Origin: Candidatus Poribacteria bacterium
GTDB lineage: Bacteria > Poribacteria > WGA-4E > WGA-3G
Assembly (NCBI GenBank): GCA_965215265.1
Contig: OZ244048.1
Span: 3,296,001 to 3,360,000, forward strand
Reading direction: 5' to 3'
DNA length: 64,000 nt
Positions 36,409 through 46,401 of the stretch are shown piece by piece (position 1 is the first letter of the stretch; each line of letters begins with the position of its first letter). Both the position numbers and the translations under genes were made by a program. Below the pieces are notes generated by a model. The model ran no database searches and was not told the origin of the DNA. It worked only from the letters and a program-made list of their open reading frames with translations.

Positions 36409-38763
36409 CTAGGGTTTCTCACGGTTTTCCCGCCACAAAATTTGTGTGCCGTTAATATCGATTGCGAGGGTATAATTATCCTGCAGGTATTGTGCAATGA
36501 GAGGGTGCCGCTCCTCCACAGGAATTCCGTCAACAGCATCAAACCACCCACCTGTTTTGAAGAGAACCAACCGTGTCCTATCTCGTGTGAGTGCCGAGAT
36601 AACCTCTCGCTGCATTTTCGGTGTTGATGCATACGAGGCTTGATGAAATCGGGTAACGCTTGGCCGGTTGGCGAAGAAGTAATACGAACCTTGACTCGTA
36701 AAGTCAAAAATCTTTTCGTTTGGGGCAGTGTGTTCCTGAATGTACGCTACCACCTTTTGAATCTGCTCAACCTGATTGTCCGGAATGTCAACGCCGCCTG
36801 CACGCACCAATTCCTCTGGTACGACCCGTTGTGTAAACGGATTCTGACGTAATCGCTGCCATTTCTCACTAAATGAAACGAGAGGCCGGTGTACTGCACC
36901 TACATATTGGAAGAATAGCCATAAAGGAATCAAAACCCAAGCGGTTTTTAATACAGCGCGCCATCGCGTGCGCTCCGTTAGAAAACCCCACACCGTTCTT
37001 AGTGAGAGAGAAATACCTGCAAACGACCGGCATACCATGCTAAAGACACCTCGGTCAAGTGGCAAAAGACAGAGGAGCCATAAAAACGTGGAACCGTAGA
37101 TGAGATGTCCGCCATCTGACCTACCGAGTGCAGTACGGAAAAACGCTATTCCACCTAATAACAGCAGCAGCAGTTTCATGACGCTTTCTGAAGTCCATAA
37201 CGCCTGACGAAGCCCCCGGTATGTCAGGTAGGCTGCTATTACAAGGAAAACACCAATGGGCAGGTACCATCGAAAACCTTCGCTAAGAAGGAAAGTTCGC
37301 CATCCGTCCGTTGTTAGTGTAGCAAGGGTCGTCGAGAGTGAAGGAAAAGCTAAGCCCCAGGTTGCGAGTTGGTAGTGGCACTGGATGTAAGTATTCCACA
37401 ACACATCATCTAAAGCGCCGTGCGATAGAAAATAGATGCCTAACGGGAGAAAGCCTAACAGAACCCCGCAAACGTAACTGATTAGCGGTAAAGGAGACAG
37501 CCGCAGTGAAATCCGGCTTTGTAAACTGTACATCAGCAAAAAGAGTGCGATGCTTCCGAGCGAGTAGAGCCCTATTTCAGTGCTATACCAGAATGCCAAA
37601 CTCGTAAAGATGCCGGCGAGGATGAGTTTCCAACCGAAAATGAAGGAATGAGTAACCCACTGCTGTCCTTCAGACGGGGCCTCAAGGGTTCTAAATCGTT
37701 TAGCTTGAGGTGATGTGAGAAAGTTCGCGACCATTGCAAAGCTAAGTAAGCCGAGGGCGTGTCTCGTAGAGACAGAAAACTCGCTGCTTGAGGCAATCAT
37801 CACAGAAATAAAGGCGGTGAGCCATCGCCCGCGGAATACTTGCAAACCGAGTAGGTAGAGCGCGACGTAACCTAGTGGTGCTAACACTGCGCCCATAGCA
37901 CGTACCCCCTCCAACGTCGGTTCAAAAATTTGACTGCCAAACCATGCCAAATAGGCATTCTGAAAGAGCCCATGCTGCACGTAGATATCACGGAACGGGA
38001 TTCCCCCGCGTAGCATTTCGTTGAGAGGCGCGAGACGTTCCCCTTCATGGAACAGGTCAATGTTGCCATCAATGTTCCCTGAATACATCAGTAAGTACAT
38101 AAAAATTGGGAAAATAACGTACTCAAATCCGAGTCTGCCGACCTGTCTAAAAACCGGAGTTTTCGCATGGGAGGTAGAACCGACCGTCTGGCTATTCGGT
38201 GTAGTTTCTATAGGCCGTTCGGTAAGGGTATTAGTATTTTGTAAGGTCGGTAGAAATCGATTGTATAGCAGTCCTAATTTGACAAAAGTCGATAATCCGA
38301 GTGGGAAAAAGAGAAAGACGAGGCCTCTTGGCCCTACAGCGTCAAGATGGAAGAGCTGTAACCAACAGAGCCACAACGGGAGTGAGCCCAAGGCGTTCGC
38401 TTTAAGTACGTGCTGCACCGGTTGTGCGGTCAGTTTTGCAGCCCAGTGTGAATAGAATTGCCAGCCGAACCAGTACAAACATATTACCGTAGGGATACCG
38501 AGCAGAGCCAACAAGTAGTAAAAGAATTCTTGTTGCTTAGGATACTGGTTGACGCTAATCCAACCTACTACGTCTGAGGTGTGGTGGTATGTAAAGGTAA
38601 GATATTTTTGAAGTGCTAATCCTACGCCGATTGCGAGAGAAAATGCGGATACCGTGATGAGCCCTGCGTAAAGACGAAGTTCCGCGGCTTGAACAACACC
38701 CGGGTCAGGGAGGAAACGCTTTTTTCGAATGAGACTCTGTATCGTTGTGTCTTGTTGTTGCAT
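36409..38763 (-). CDS. Large polytopic membrane protein, possibly GT-C fold
   Basis: Many TM segments, DLFHEG...PFRD...HG loop, C-terminal YIQEHT...YYFFANR domain. Confidence 0.65.
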   Translation of the reverse strand: MQQQDTTIQSLIRKKRFLPDPGVVQAAELRLYAGLITVSAFSLAIGVGLALQKYLTFTYHHTSDVVGWISVNQYPKQQEFFYYLLALLGIPTVICLYWFGWQFYSHWAAKLTAQPVQHVLKANALGSLPLWLCWLQLFHLDAVGPRGLVFLFFPLGLSTFVKLGLLYNRFLPTLQNTNTLTERPIETTPNSQTVGSTSHAKTPVFRQVGRLGFEYVIFPIFMYLLMYSGNIDGNIDLFHEGERLAPLNEMLRGGIPFRDIYVQHGLFQNAYLAWFGSQIFEPTLEGVRAMGAVLAPLGYVALYLLGLQVFRGRWLTAFISVMIASSSEFSVSTRHALGLLSFAMVANFLTSPQAKRFRTLEAPSEGQQWVTHSFIFGWKLILAGIFTSLAFWYSTEIGLYSLGSIALFLLMYSLQSRISLRLSPLPLISYVCGVLLGFLPLGIYFLSHGALDDVLWNTYIQCHYQLATWGLAFPSLSTTLATLTTDGWRTFLLSEGFRWYLPIGVFLVIAAYLTYRGLRQALWTSESVMKLLLLLLGGIAFFRTALGRSDGGHLIYGSTFLWLLCLLPLDRGVFSMVCRSFAGISLSLRTVWGFLTERTRWRAVLKTAWVLIPLWLFFQYVGAVHRPLVSFSEKWQRLRQNPFTQRVVPEELVRAGGVDIPDNQVEQIQKVVAYIQEHTAPNEKIFDFTSQGSYYFFANRPSVTRFHQASYASTPKMQREVISALTRDRTRLVLFKTGGWFDAVDGIPVEERHPLIAQYLQDNYTLAIDINGTQILWRENREKP

Positions 38764-38770
38764 ACTGTTT

Positions 38771-39010
38771 TCACTGCACAACGTCCCCTTCTACGAGTTC
38801 AACCTGGACGTTAATGTTCTTGAGATAATCAATAGCCCGTTCAATTTCGTCCGGTGGCCCCAGTATCTCCAACATCACCCAACCAGCTACCTCTGTGACA
38901 TTAGCCCGGCGGATATTGGTGACCACCTTATACTGATGTCCGAGGGTGTAGATGATGGGCTCTGTAATTTTTTCAGGTGGGAACGTCAAGCGGACCTTTA
39001 GAGAAGTCAT
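38771..39010 (-). CDS. Stand-alone NIL domain protein
   Basis: LTFP...EPIIY...TNIRRANV...GWVMLE; AGGAG RBS. Confidence 0.85.
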   Translation of the reverse strand: MTSLKVRLTFPPEKITEPIIYTLGHQYKVVTNIRRANVTEVAGWVMLEILGPPDEIERAIDYLKNINVQVELVEGDVVQ

Positions 39011-39047
39011 CTGTGTTACTCCTGCGTGAGGGGCAGCTGCTTTCGCG

Positions 39048-39509
39048 CTAGAGTGTACTTTCAATGGGGACTTCCACGAAATCTGAAGTCGGTTTATCCC
39101 AGATGTAGGCTTTCGCGGTGCGAATTTCCGTACCGTAGATTGAGATTACCACGTACACGGTCTCCGGATAGATAGGCTCGCCCCATACTGTGGCATCGGC
39201 TTTGTCCTTGTCAGAGAAGTAAGCGTCGTGGTTTGGATGTGAATGGTAAAGTGCCTTGATCTGCCGATGCTGGGTTTCTACTTCTTTTATCACAGCGATT
39301 GCGTCGTCGGGGTGTATGTAATAGGCGGTCCGTGCATCCCGCGGATGTGTATCCGGATCCTGCCGATGCAGTTCATTCTGAAAGTTGCGGCACGGTCTAA
39401 AAAATTCGTGTTCATCTGCGTACAAAATAAAGCCACAGCATTCCTCTGGAAAAGCTGACTTGGCATGGGTGTACATCTGATGTAGCGTTTCGGGTTGAAA
39501 AATTACCAT
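39048..39509 (-). CDS. JAMM/MPN+ (Mec-like, M67) metallopeptidase
   Basis: PEECCG and YHSHPNHDAYFSDKD (E...HxH-x7-S-x2-D). Confidence 0.9.
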   Translation of the reverse strand: MVIFQPETLHQMYTHAKSAFPEECCGFILYADEHEFFRPCRNFQNELHRQDPDTHPRDARTAYYIHPDDAIAVIKEVETQHRQIKALYHSHPNHDAYFSDKDKADATVWGEPIYPETVYVVISIYGTEIRTAKAYIWDKPTSDFVEVPIESTL

Positions 39510-39820
39510 TGCCTCTTGGTGAGATGTGATATAAAGCGAGAACCTATCCAAAAGCGCTTGGACGTAACGGATAAGTCCTCGCTTCTGTTATTGTGCCGAT
39601 TGATTGCGCCAGTGCCGGCGACTAAGGCATTCTTATGAGCCACATGCGCATCTTCTTTCACGCTGTTTCGTCAGTTGTGGTATGTAAGTTTGCATTCGAT
39701 GTCACTACCTCTCTATTTCTGTATAATCGGTAATGTTTTACTCTCTGATGTGCCAACATCGGACAGGTGGGTTACAAAACCGCTTTTTAAGAGAGGGTTT
39801 TTCGTTAAATAGTGCGCAGC

Positions 39821-40099
39821 CTAATTGCCGCCGGCAATAGCAGGAATGATTGAAATTTCGGCACCGTCTGCGACGGGTGTTGCTTTTCCATCAAGGAAAC
39901 GGATGTCTTCATCGTTGAGATAGATGTTGACAAATCGGCGAATGTTTCCGCCATCATCACAGAGACGTTCCTTCATTCCCGGATAACTTACCTCAAGGTT
40001 GTCAATGATGCCTTCAATATCAGCACCTTCTGTTTGGACTTCTGCCAAGTTTTGTGTCAACCGTCTCAACGGCGTTGGAATTCGAACTGTTACGGCCAT
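39821..40099 (-). CDS. MoaD/ThiS/CysO-like ubiquitin-fold sulfur carrier
   Basis: VRIPTPLR, RRFVNIYLNDEDIRF, C-terminal AIAGGN. Confidence 0.92.
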   Translation of the reverse strand: MAVTVRIPTPLRRLTQNLAEVQTEGADIEGIIDNLEVSYPGMKERLCDDGGNIRRFVNIYLNDEDIRFLDGKATPVADGAEISIIPAIAGGN

Positions 40100-40218
40100 T
40101 GTAATAGATTTCTCCTTTCTGTTTTTTTCGGTACGTGCTTCGTCAAAGTGGATTCAAATCAAGATAAAACAGCGTTTTTTCCGAAATCCACCGGATGCTT
40201 GCACGACTAACTTAAGAG

Positions 40219-41001
40219 TTAGATAGAATAGTGTAGTCCGCACTCTTTTGCATTTTCTTCTGCGGTGGCTGCGTTCTGCCAACGCCAACGGCCTGAACGT
40301 TTCGGTTCGCTTGGACGTATAGGTGTGGTGCAGATCATGCAACCGAGTGATTCATAATAATGTCCATGTGCATCTGCTTTCAGCAAAGGATTGACAGGAA
40401 CGTCGTTTTCATGGATAAAATCCCAGACCTTATTATGTGGCCACGCCATCAGTGGACTGACCTTTAGTACGGGATGGGCTGTCGATGAAATGATTTCAGC
40501 CTTCGGGAGATACTTGCGAGTGTGGGACTGATCCCGCCGGATGCCCGTAATCCAGACATCTAACGTTTCCAGCAGCCGTTGCATCGGCTGGACTTTTCGC
40601 ACATTGCAGCAATGCTCTTGCTTTGCCTTGCTGTCGAAAAAGAGATATTCGCCATGCTGCGATACCATCTGTTCTACTTGTTCCGGGTCTGGTTGAATCT
40701 GTTCAATCTGAATACCGTAGCGCGTTTCAACGTGTTCCAGGAAGGCGTAAGTTTCAGGAAAGAGCCGCAGTGTATCCAGGGTACAAACACGGAAGGGCAG
40801 CCCATTTTCCGCGGCGAGATGAATAAGGATGATTCCGGAAAGTTGCCCACTTGTCACAATTGCTGCTCGCTCTTTAAAACGCTTAAAGAGTGTAAATAGA
40901 ATTTCTTGTGGGCTCTCTGTCAACAGCATCTCTTGTTTTAATCTGTCAAGCGAGAGATTTTGGATTTGTATGCGTGGGACATCATCTATGGATGAGTACA
41001 T
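40219..41001 (-). CDS. cysH: APS/PAPS reductase (Fe-S type)
   Basis: LDT, CCNVRK, WITGIRRDQS, SLGCMIC, RSGRW, ECGLH. Confidence 0.9.
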   Translation of the reverse strand: MYSSIDDVPRIQIQNLSLDRLKQEMLLTESPQEILFTLFKRFKERAAIVTSGQLSGIILIHLAAENGLPFRVCTLDTLRLFPETYAFLEHVETRYGIQIEQIQPDPEQVEQMVSQHGEYLFFDSKAKQEHCCNVRKVQPMQRLLETLDVWITGIRRDQSHTRKYLPKAEIISSTAHPVLKVSPLMAWPHNKVWDFIHENDVPVNPLLKADAHGHYYESLGCMICTTPIRPSEPKRSGRWRWQNAATAEENAKECGLHYSI

Positions 41002-41043
41002 AATTTTTTATAAAAACCGTTATTGCAGAGATACCTACCTTAC

Positions 41044-42000
41044 CTACGGTAGCGTTTCCATAATAGATGCATCAACTTCAAAGTAACGACTTAGGCTAAA
41101 ATAACGTTCGCCGGTGTCTGGCAGAATGGTGACGACCTTTTTATCGGGGCCCTGTTCTTTTGCTATTTGCAATGCGGCATACACGTTCGCCCCGGACGAC
41201 ATACCGACTAACAGCCCTTCTCGCTTCGAAATTGTCTTCATTGTCTCGTAAGCTACCTCTTCAGGTACTGTGATGATTTCGTCGATAATATTGACGTTTA
41301 AGACCTCTGGAATCATCCCTGCGCCAAGTCCATCAATTCGCGTGGGCCCAGGGTGTCCTCCGGATAACACGGCTGAAACCGATGGCTCGACGGCCACGAC
41401 TTTGACCTTGCGGCAATGTGCCTTCAAAACCTCACCAACGCCTGCCAAAGTGCCGCCTGTCCCGACACCGGCAACGAAAAAGTCAATATCATTGCCTATA
41501 TCTTTGAGAATTTCCAGTGCTGTGGTTTGGCGGTGAATCTCTGGGTTTGCAGGATTCGTGAACTGATTTGGCATATAGTGCCGGGAATGTTTCCTGATAA
41601 TTGATTCTGCTTCCCAAATTGCGCTCGCCATACCGCCGTGTTCAGGCGTTAACACGATTTTCGCACCGAACGCTGACAGGAGTGCATATTTTTCTTGGCT
41701 GACGTTTTCGGGCATCGTCAAGATCACAGAATATCCGCGAGCGATGCCGACGATTGAGAGCCCTAATCCTGTATTCCCAGCTGTCGGTTCAACAATAGTG
41801 TCGCCTTGCCTGAGGAGTCCACGTTCTTCAGCATCAATTATCATCGCGTAGCTAATGCGATCTTTAATACTCCCGCCGGGGTTGTAAGCTTCCAGTTTTG
41901 CAAAGATAGTGGCATCATCCTTACCCGGTAAGGCATTGAGACGAACCGTGGGTGTATTCCCGATGAGGTCTGTCAGTTTTGTGGCGACTCTCATTTTCAT
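41044..42000 (-). CDS. cysK: Cysteine synthase
   Basis: NPGGSIKDR (PLP Lys), EPTAGNTG, GVGTGGT, PDTGERY. Confidence 0.93.
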   Translation of the reverse strand: MKMRVATKLTDLIGNTPTVRLNALPGKDDATIFAKLEAYNPGGSIKDRISYAMIIDAEERGLLRQGDTIVEPTAGNTGLGLSIVGIARGYSVILTMPENVSQEKYALLSAFGAKIVLTPEHGGMASAIWEAESIIRKHSRHYMPNQFTNPANPEIHRQTTALEILKDIGNDIDFFVAGVGTGGTLAGVGEVLKAHCRKVKVVAVEPSVSAVLSGGHPGPTRIDGLGAGMIPEVLNVNIIDEIITVPEEVAYETMKTISKREGLLVGMSSGANVYAALQIAKEQGPDKKVVTILPDTGERYFSLSRYFEVDASIMETLP

Positions 42001-42046
42001 CTGCTCGTCATAACTGCTTGAGTATTTTTAGGCAATTGCTCCTTTA

Positions 42047-42075
42047 AGTATACCATATACACCGAGGAAAGTCAA
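42047..42075 (-). promoter_or_regulatory. Putative sigma70 promoter of the cysK cluster
   Basis: TTGACT-17 nt-TATACT with extended -10 TG. Confidence 0.65.
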
Positions 42076-42277
42076 ATTTTTCACATAGCGGGTAGTACAC
42101 GAAATTATGTTCGTCCATTTCGTCCACATAGAAATACACTGTAAGTGCTTTGATAACGGAATTCAGCAGTCCCTTTCTATGTAGCTGATGCCCGCTACGC
42201 TCTGCTATTCCGCAGATGGCATATAATGTTCTACTGCACTGGACAAAAGCGATGGGCCATTTTGCCTCTCTCAAGCA

Positions 42278-42733
42278 CTAACATCCTTGCAACAAAGCTC
42301 CTATTAAGAACGGTAGCCCGATACCAATGTAGATGACAATTTTCCAGAGACAGCCGGTATCTGCACTTTTTTGCAGCTGCTTGTATGAGCTATTGATTTT
42401 CTCTAAGTCAACGTCTCCACTAAGGCGCGGCTTATAGACGCTTATGGCTTTTGTGATAATCTCATAAACACTTTTTTTCTCCTGCTCGATTTTCTCTAAT
42501 GTGTTTAGGTCTTGATGAAGTCGATGAGTGATGTCACTCAACCCTTGAAATACGCTAATGAGGGCTGCTGTGATCTGAATAGAGAAATCGAGTTTTCCGT
42601 GTTCATTCCAAAGATGAAGGGCTATGTTTCTAACAATAGCTGCCACTGTTTGATTTGCCTCGTCAGATTGTGTAGAAGTATCCCACGTTTTGACGGTTCG
42701 TATGAGTTGCTCGACCAAATGAACACTCTCCAA
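42278..42733 (-). CDS. Hypothetical helical protein with C-terminal TM, start uncertain
   Basis: 151-aa ORF with a GCLWKIVIYIGIG TM tail; an 11-bp tandem duplication lies just upstream. Confidence 0.5.
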   Translation of the reverse strand: MESVHLVEQLIRTVKTWDTSTQSDEANQTVAAIVRNIALHLWNEHGKLDFSIQITAALISVFQGLSDITHRLHQDLNTLEKIEQEKKSVYEIITKAISVYKPRLSGDVDLEKINSSYKQLQKSADTGCLWKIVIYIGIGLPFLIGALLQGC

Positions 42734-42823
42734 ACTTGTCGTCTCTGTGCGAAATCTGTGCGAAAATGGTTATTCACATTCGCAATACCGTCGTAATACC
42801 GTAAATTAGACAATTAATTGTTC

Positions 42824-43636
42824 TCATTCTTGATCCTCGCGCCATTGTGAGAAATCGGTCTCTATCTCCTCAGACCACTTCCGGTCGATTTCGCCAGGGG
42901 TATATTTTCCTTCCCGCAATCGTTGATGCCCGAACCGGTCACGGAGTTGGACTTCCTCTCCGCGTTCAACCACTTGCTGCGCAAAATGGGGTGGGATAAA
43001 AATAACCCCGCCCCGTCGTCCTAACACGACATCACCGGGTAAGACGGTCGCCTCACCGATGCGGATAGGAATGTTAATACCTGTCAGTGTGACATTTGCT
43101 ATGCCTGTAGGGTCTACCCCGCGTACGAACGTAGCGAAATCGGGCAATTCGTAAATCCCATCCAGATCACGTATACCGCCATCAATCACCATGCCTGTGC
43201 CGGTTTTCGCATAAATGGCGTTGCCGAGGTTATCGCCGGCGAATGTCCCTTCCTTGACTTTGCCAAACAGATCTACGACAATGACATCATCGTGAACGAG
43301 TGTGTCTATAACCCACGAATTTTGCCCGCCGACACGTCCTTCTTGTGTGCCTTGTGTTGAAACGGCATCGTTAAAGTCTGGGCGGATGGGTACAAATGCA
43401 CACGTCACTGCCCTGCCGACGAGGATGCGAGCCGGATGTAAATTCAGCCATTCCCCTGCGAACTGGAACCGATAGTCGTTTCCGTGAAGAACGCCCCACG
43501 CCTGCTCAATGCTGATGGCCTTCATCCGTTGCAGGATGTCATCAGGGACCCTTGGGCGGCCATCTGGAAATCGGTCGCCCTCCCAATTCTGTGTGATAGC
43601 GAGGATGCTTTCATTATTGATAAGTTGCACACTCAT
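42824..43636 (-). CDS. RraA/HMG aldolase family protein
   Basis: GRAVT, FAGDNL, VIDGGIRD, VLPGDVVLG. Confidence 0.85.
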   Translation of the reverse strand: MSVQLINNESILAITQNWEGDRFPDGRPRVPDDILQRMKAISIEQAWGVLHGNDYRFQFAGEWLNLHPARILVGRAVTCAFVPIRPDFNDAVSTQGTQEGRVGGQNSWVIDTLVHDDVIVVDLFGKVKEGTFAGDNLGNAIYAKTGTGMVIDGGIRDLDGIYELPDFATFVRGVDPTGIANVTLTGINIPIRIGEATVLPGDVVLGRRGGVIFIPPHFAQQVVERGEEVQLRDRFGHQRLREGKYTPGEIDRKWSEEIETDFSQWREDQE

Positions 43637-43701
43637 TCCCTCTTCAGGCAGGAATGTCTACTCCTGCCGGCTTGCCTTTTGTAGCAGACGTGCTGCACAG
43701 G

Positions 43702-44556
43702 CTACAATCCCGCGTTTTTCCATACCTGATCGAGCGATGCAGCGGTTGCTTTCGCTGCGTCTGCAGGTGCCATTGCATTTACCTTTTGGCTGAATGGCTC
43801 CGGCGTTACAGGGCCGTCATAGCCCAGATTACTCAAGACGTTCATCAATTCGGTGAGCGGAATCACGTCGGTTTCAGCGGGTAAACATCGGATATTGTCA
43901 ATCTGTTCGTCTGGGTCAATGCCTGCGGGTGCGTCGTTGATATGGACGTAGACTACATCGGAGGTTGATAATTTCTTAACGTCGTCAACGGTAGAGCGAC
44001 AAGTGTACCAATGCCACGTATCAAATAGCAAGCCGACGTTGCCGGTGCCGACGGCGGCGGCGAGTCCCAACATTGCATCCATTGAATATGCAAAGAGATA
44101 TGTGGCGGCTTTCCGGCTGGTTGCCGGTCCGATAAACTCAAGCCCCAGCGAATGTCCGTGTGCTTTGAGGATTTCTGCGACGGGCCGGAGGCGTTTCACA
44201 GAGAAGTCCCAGTTCTCTTGATACGTCATCTCGTTTGATGCTGGGCCGACAACGGTAGTTGTGCGGAAACAGCCAAGTTCGGCGGCAAGTTTTGCCTTGT
44301 CGGGTAATTGCGCTAAGCCGGTGTAATAGTCTGCGTCGGGTCCCCGCCAATTTACGCCAAAACCCCAGCCCCCCATCGCAATACCGGCGGCTGCCCACAA
44401 GTCTTTGACGTATTGTACAGAGTGCTCTTGTGCAAGTTGACTCGCTGCACCAATGTCCAAGTCAAGTCCTTCAAACCCAGCGGCTTGTGCTAATTCTAAG
44501 CCTTCTTTCATATTTGCCCTGATGCCGATGGCACCGGTGCTCAAATTCTTAAACAT
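43702..44556 (-). CDS. Sugar phosphate isomerase/epimerase (xylose isomerase-like TIM barrel)
   Basis: LGLEF, DTWH, VHINDA, GYDGPVTPEPF. Confidence 0.88.
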   Translation of the reverse strand: MFKNLSTGAIGIRANMKEGLELAQAAGFEGLDLDIGAASQLAQEHSVQYVKDLWAAAGIAMGGWGFGVNWRGPDADYYTGLAQLPDKAKLAAELGCFRTTTVVGPASNEMTYQENWDFSVKRLRPVAEILKAHGHSLGLEFIGPATSRKAATYLFAYSMDAMLGLAAAVGTGNVGLLFDTWHWYTCRSTVDDVKKLSTSDVVYVHINDAPAGIDPDEQIDNIRCLPAETDVIPLTELMNVLSNLGYDGPVTPEPFSQKVNAMAPADAAKATAASLDQVWKNAGL

Positions 44557-44565
44557 AGATTCTCC

Positions 44566-45273
44566 TTATTTTTTTATTCGCTTTTCCCCTCGCAAAATTT
44601 CCGCAGCAACTGCCCATGGATAATCGTTGTCCTCAGCATTTGCATCCCGATAAGTAGGGATCCAAACCCAACGCTCAGCGCCGGAGCGGTTCGGGTGGCT
44701 GGCATGAAGCGTTAGATCGTGGAAGAAGACGGCACTGCCTGCTTCAAGTTCAGCTGTAACGGCTCGATTTTCATCCACTGCATCTGGACGGAGTCGATTC
44801 CCGAATCCGTGTCCATCGCTGGCATCGCCATCGTGGACAATAGGAGAGGTGTGTGAGCCGGGAAACAGTTTAAGGCATCCATTTTCTACAGTGGCATCAT
44901 CTAGTGCAACCCAAATAGAGACTTTATGTGCGCCGTGCCAATAGTGCCAATCTTGGTGCCATGGGCTCGCGAAATCCATTGCGGCACTCTTGAAGACCAC
45001 TTTATCACTTAGAAATTCAATATCTGGACTTAGAATTGCTTCCAAGATATTGAGTAACCGCTCATCCCCGACTGCTTTTTGAAAAATAGGACTTCGTGCG
45101 GCTAAGCCGACATAAACCCCGTGTCCTGCGGCCGGCTCTCCGCCTCTCTCGGTTTTGACTGTCTCCAAAATATTGATGGATTCTAATTTGAGCTGCTGCG
45201 CCTCGTTTCGCGTGAACAAGTTGCGTGCGATTGCAAAACCTATTCTGTCGAAATCGTTGCGAAACGTTGTCAT
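44566..45273 (-). CDS. PhyH family dioxygenase
   Basis: PWHQD, WVALDDATVENGCL, PGSH, LHASHPN. Confidence 0.9.
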   Translation of the reverse strand: MTTFRNDFDRIGFAIARNLFTRNEAQQLKLESINILETVKTERGGEPAAGHGVYVGLAARSPIFQKAVGDERLLNILEAILSPDIEFLSDKVVFKSAAMDFASPWHQDWHYWHGAHKVSIWVALDDATVENGCLKLFPGSHTSPIVHDGDASDGHGFGNRLRPDAVDENRAVTAELEAGSAVFFHDLTLHASHPNRSGAERWVWIPTYRDANAEDNDYPWAVAAEILRGEKRIKK

Positions 45274-45274
45274 G

Positions 45275-46348
45275 TCAAGCATCCTTTTTTGCCTCGATGT
45301 GAACTTCGTGCCCGGTTTCTGCACTTTTGAGCAAGCCTTCCATCATCTGTTGGACTATCAGTCCGTGGCGAAGCGGTGCTTTGCACCTTATACCATCAAG
45401 GATACACTGAATAAAATGATCTGCGATAGCATCCCATGCCTCCTTATATTTTCCTTGTGGAAGGTTGACGTTGATGTCTTCGTTGACACCCATTTCATCT
45501 GTGCGGTAAAGACGGAGGGGGTTCATCGTAGCGCCTGCGTCTGTTCCGAACAACTCGATCTGAAATTCGTCTGGTTGGTGTGATGCCCAGAAGCTTTCGA
45601 CTTGCAATCCAATTCCGTTTTCGAATGTAATAAACCCGCCGGCGTAATCGTCGGAGTCATATTTTTGATAGGTCTCTTTCGGTGGGCGTGTGCGATTCCA
45701 ATAGCCGCGTCCGTGCGGTCCAAACTTTGCGCCGGCGGCGCCGAGGACGGCGATAGGCTTGGGCAGTCCCAAGATCCACCAAGCCGCGTCAAGGACATGC
45801 ACCCCCATATCACGGAATGCGCCGCCGCCTTTCTGAATGAATCCCAGGTTCCATGCGGGGATGCCGCTTCTACGCACACTCCGTGCGCGTGCATAATAGA
45901 GTTCACCAAAGTAATCATCGCGTGCGAGATTCCCGAGGTGCTGGCAGCTGCCGCCGAAGCGTGTAGAGAGAGACATCATGTTGACGACTCCTGCTGCTTC
46001 TGCTTCTGTTACCAGTTTTTGTGCTGCTGCCTCGGAATCCGCCAGCGGTTTTGTTACCATGACGTGTTTGCCGTTGCGGACCGCTTCTAAAGCAATAGGC
46101 ACATGCCACTGATTCGGTGTCCCGACGAAGACCGCGTCAATATCCGGGGCTTTGCACATCGTTTTGTAATCAGTGTAAAATTTGATTTCACCCGGTAAAT
46201 CTGCAGCGAAGGTTTTCATCCGGTCTTCAACCAAATCGCATAGTGCGACGACTTGTCCGCGCGGATTTCTTGAAAGCGCTGCACCATTCGGGCGGCCGAT
46301 GCCCATACCGACAACGGCAATGCGTACTGGCCCGTTTTTTGAATTCAT
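45275..46348 (-). CDS. Gfo/Idh/MocA family oxidoreductase
   Basis: RIAVVGMG, GKHVMVTKP, GGGAFRDMGVHVLD. Confidence 0.92.
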   Translation of the reverse strand: MNSKNGPVRIAVVGMGIGRPNGAALSRNPRGQVVALCDLVEDRMKTFAADLPGEIKFYTDYKTMCKAPDIDAVFVGTPNQWHVPIALEAVRNGKHVMVTKPLADSEAAAQKLVTEAEAAGVVNMMSLSTRFGGSCQHLGNLARDDYFGELYYARARSVRRSGIPAWNLGFIQKGGGAFRDMGVHVLDAAWWILGLPKPIAVLGAAGAKFGPHGRGYWNRTRPPKETYQKYDSDDYAGGFITFENGIGLQVESFWASHQPDEFQIELFGTDAGATMNPLRLYRTDEMGVNEDINVNLPQGKYKEAWDAIADHFIQCILDGIRCKAPLRHGLIVQQMMEGLLKSAETGHEVHIEAKKDA

Positions 46349-46401
46349 ATTGATATGCTCCACATGTTTTGTATGATTTAGTTCTAGCAAGTTTTGATGC
46401 T

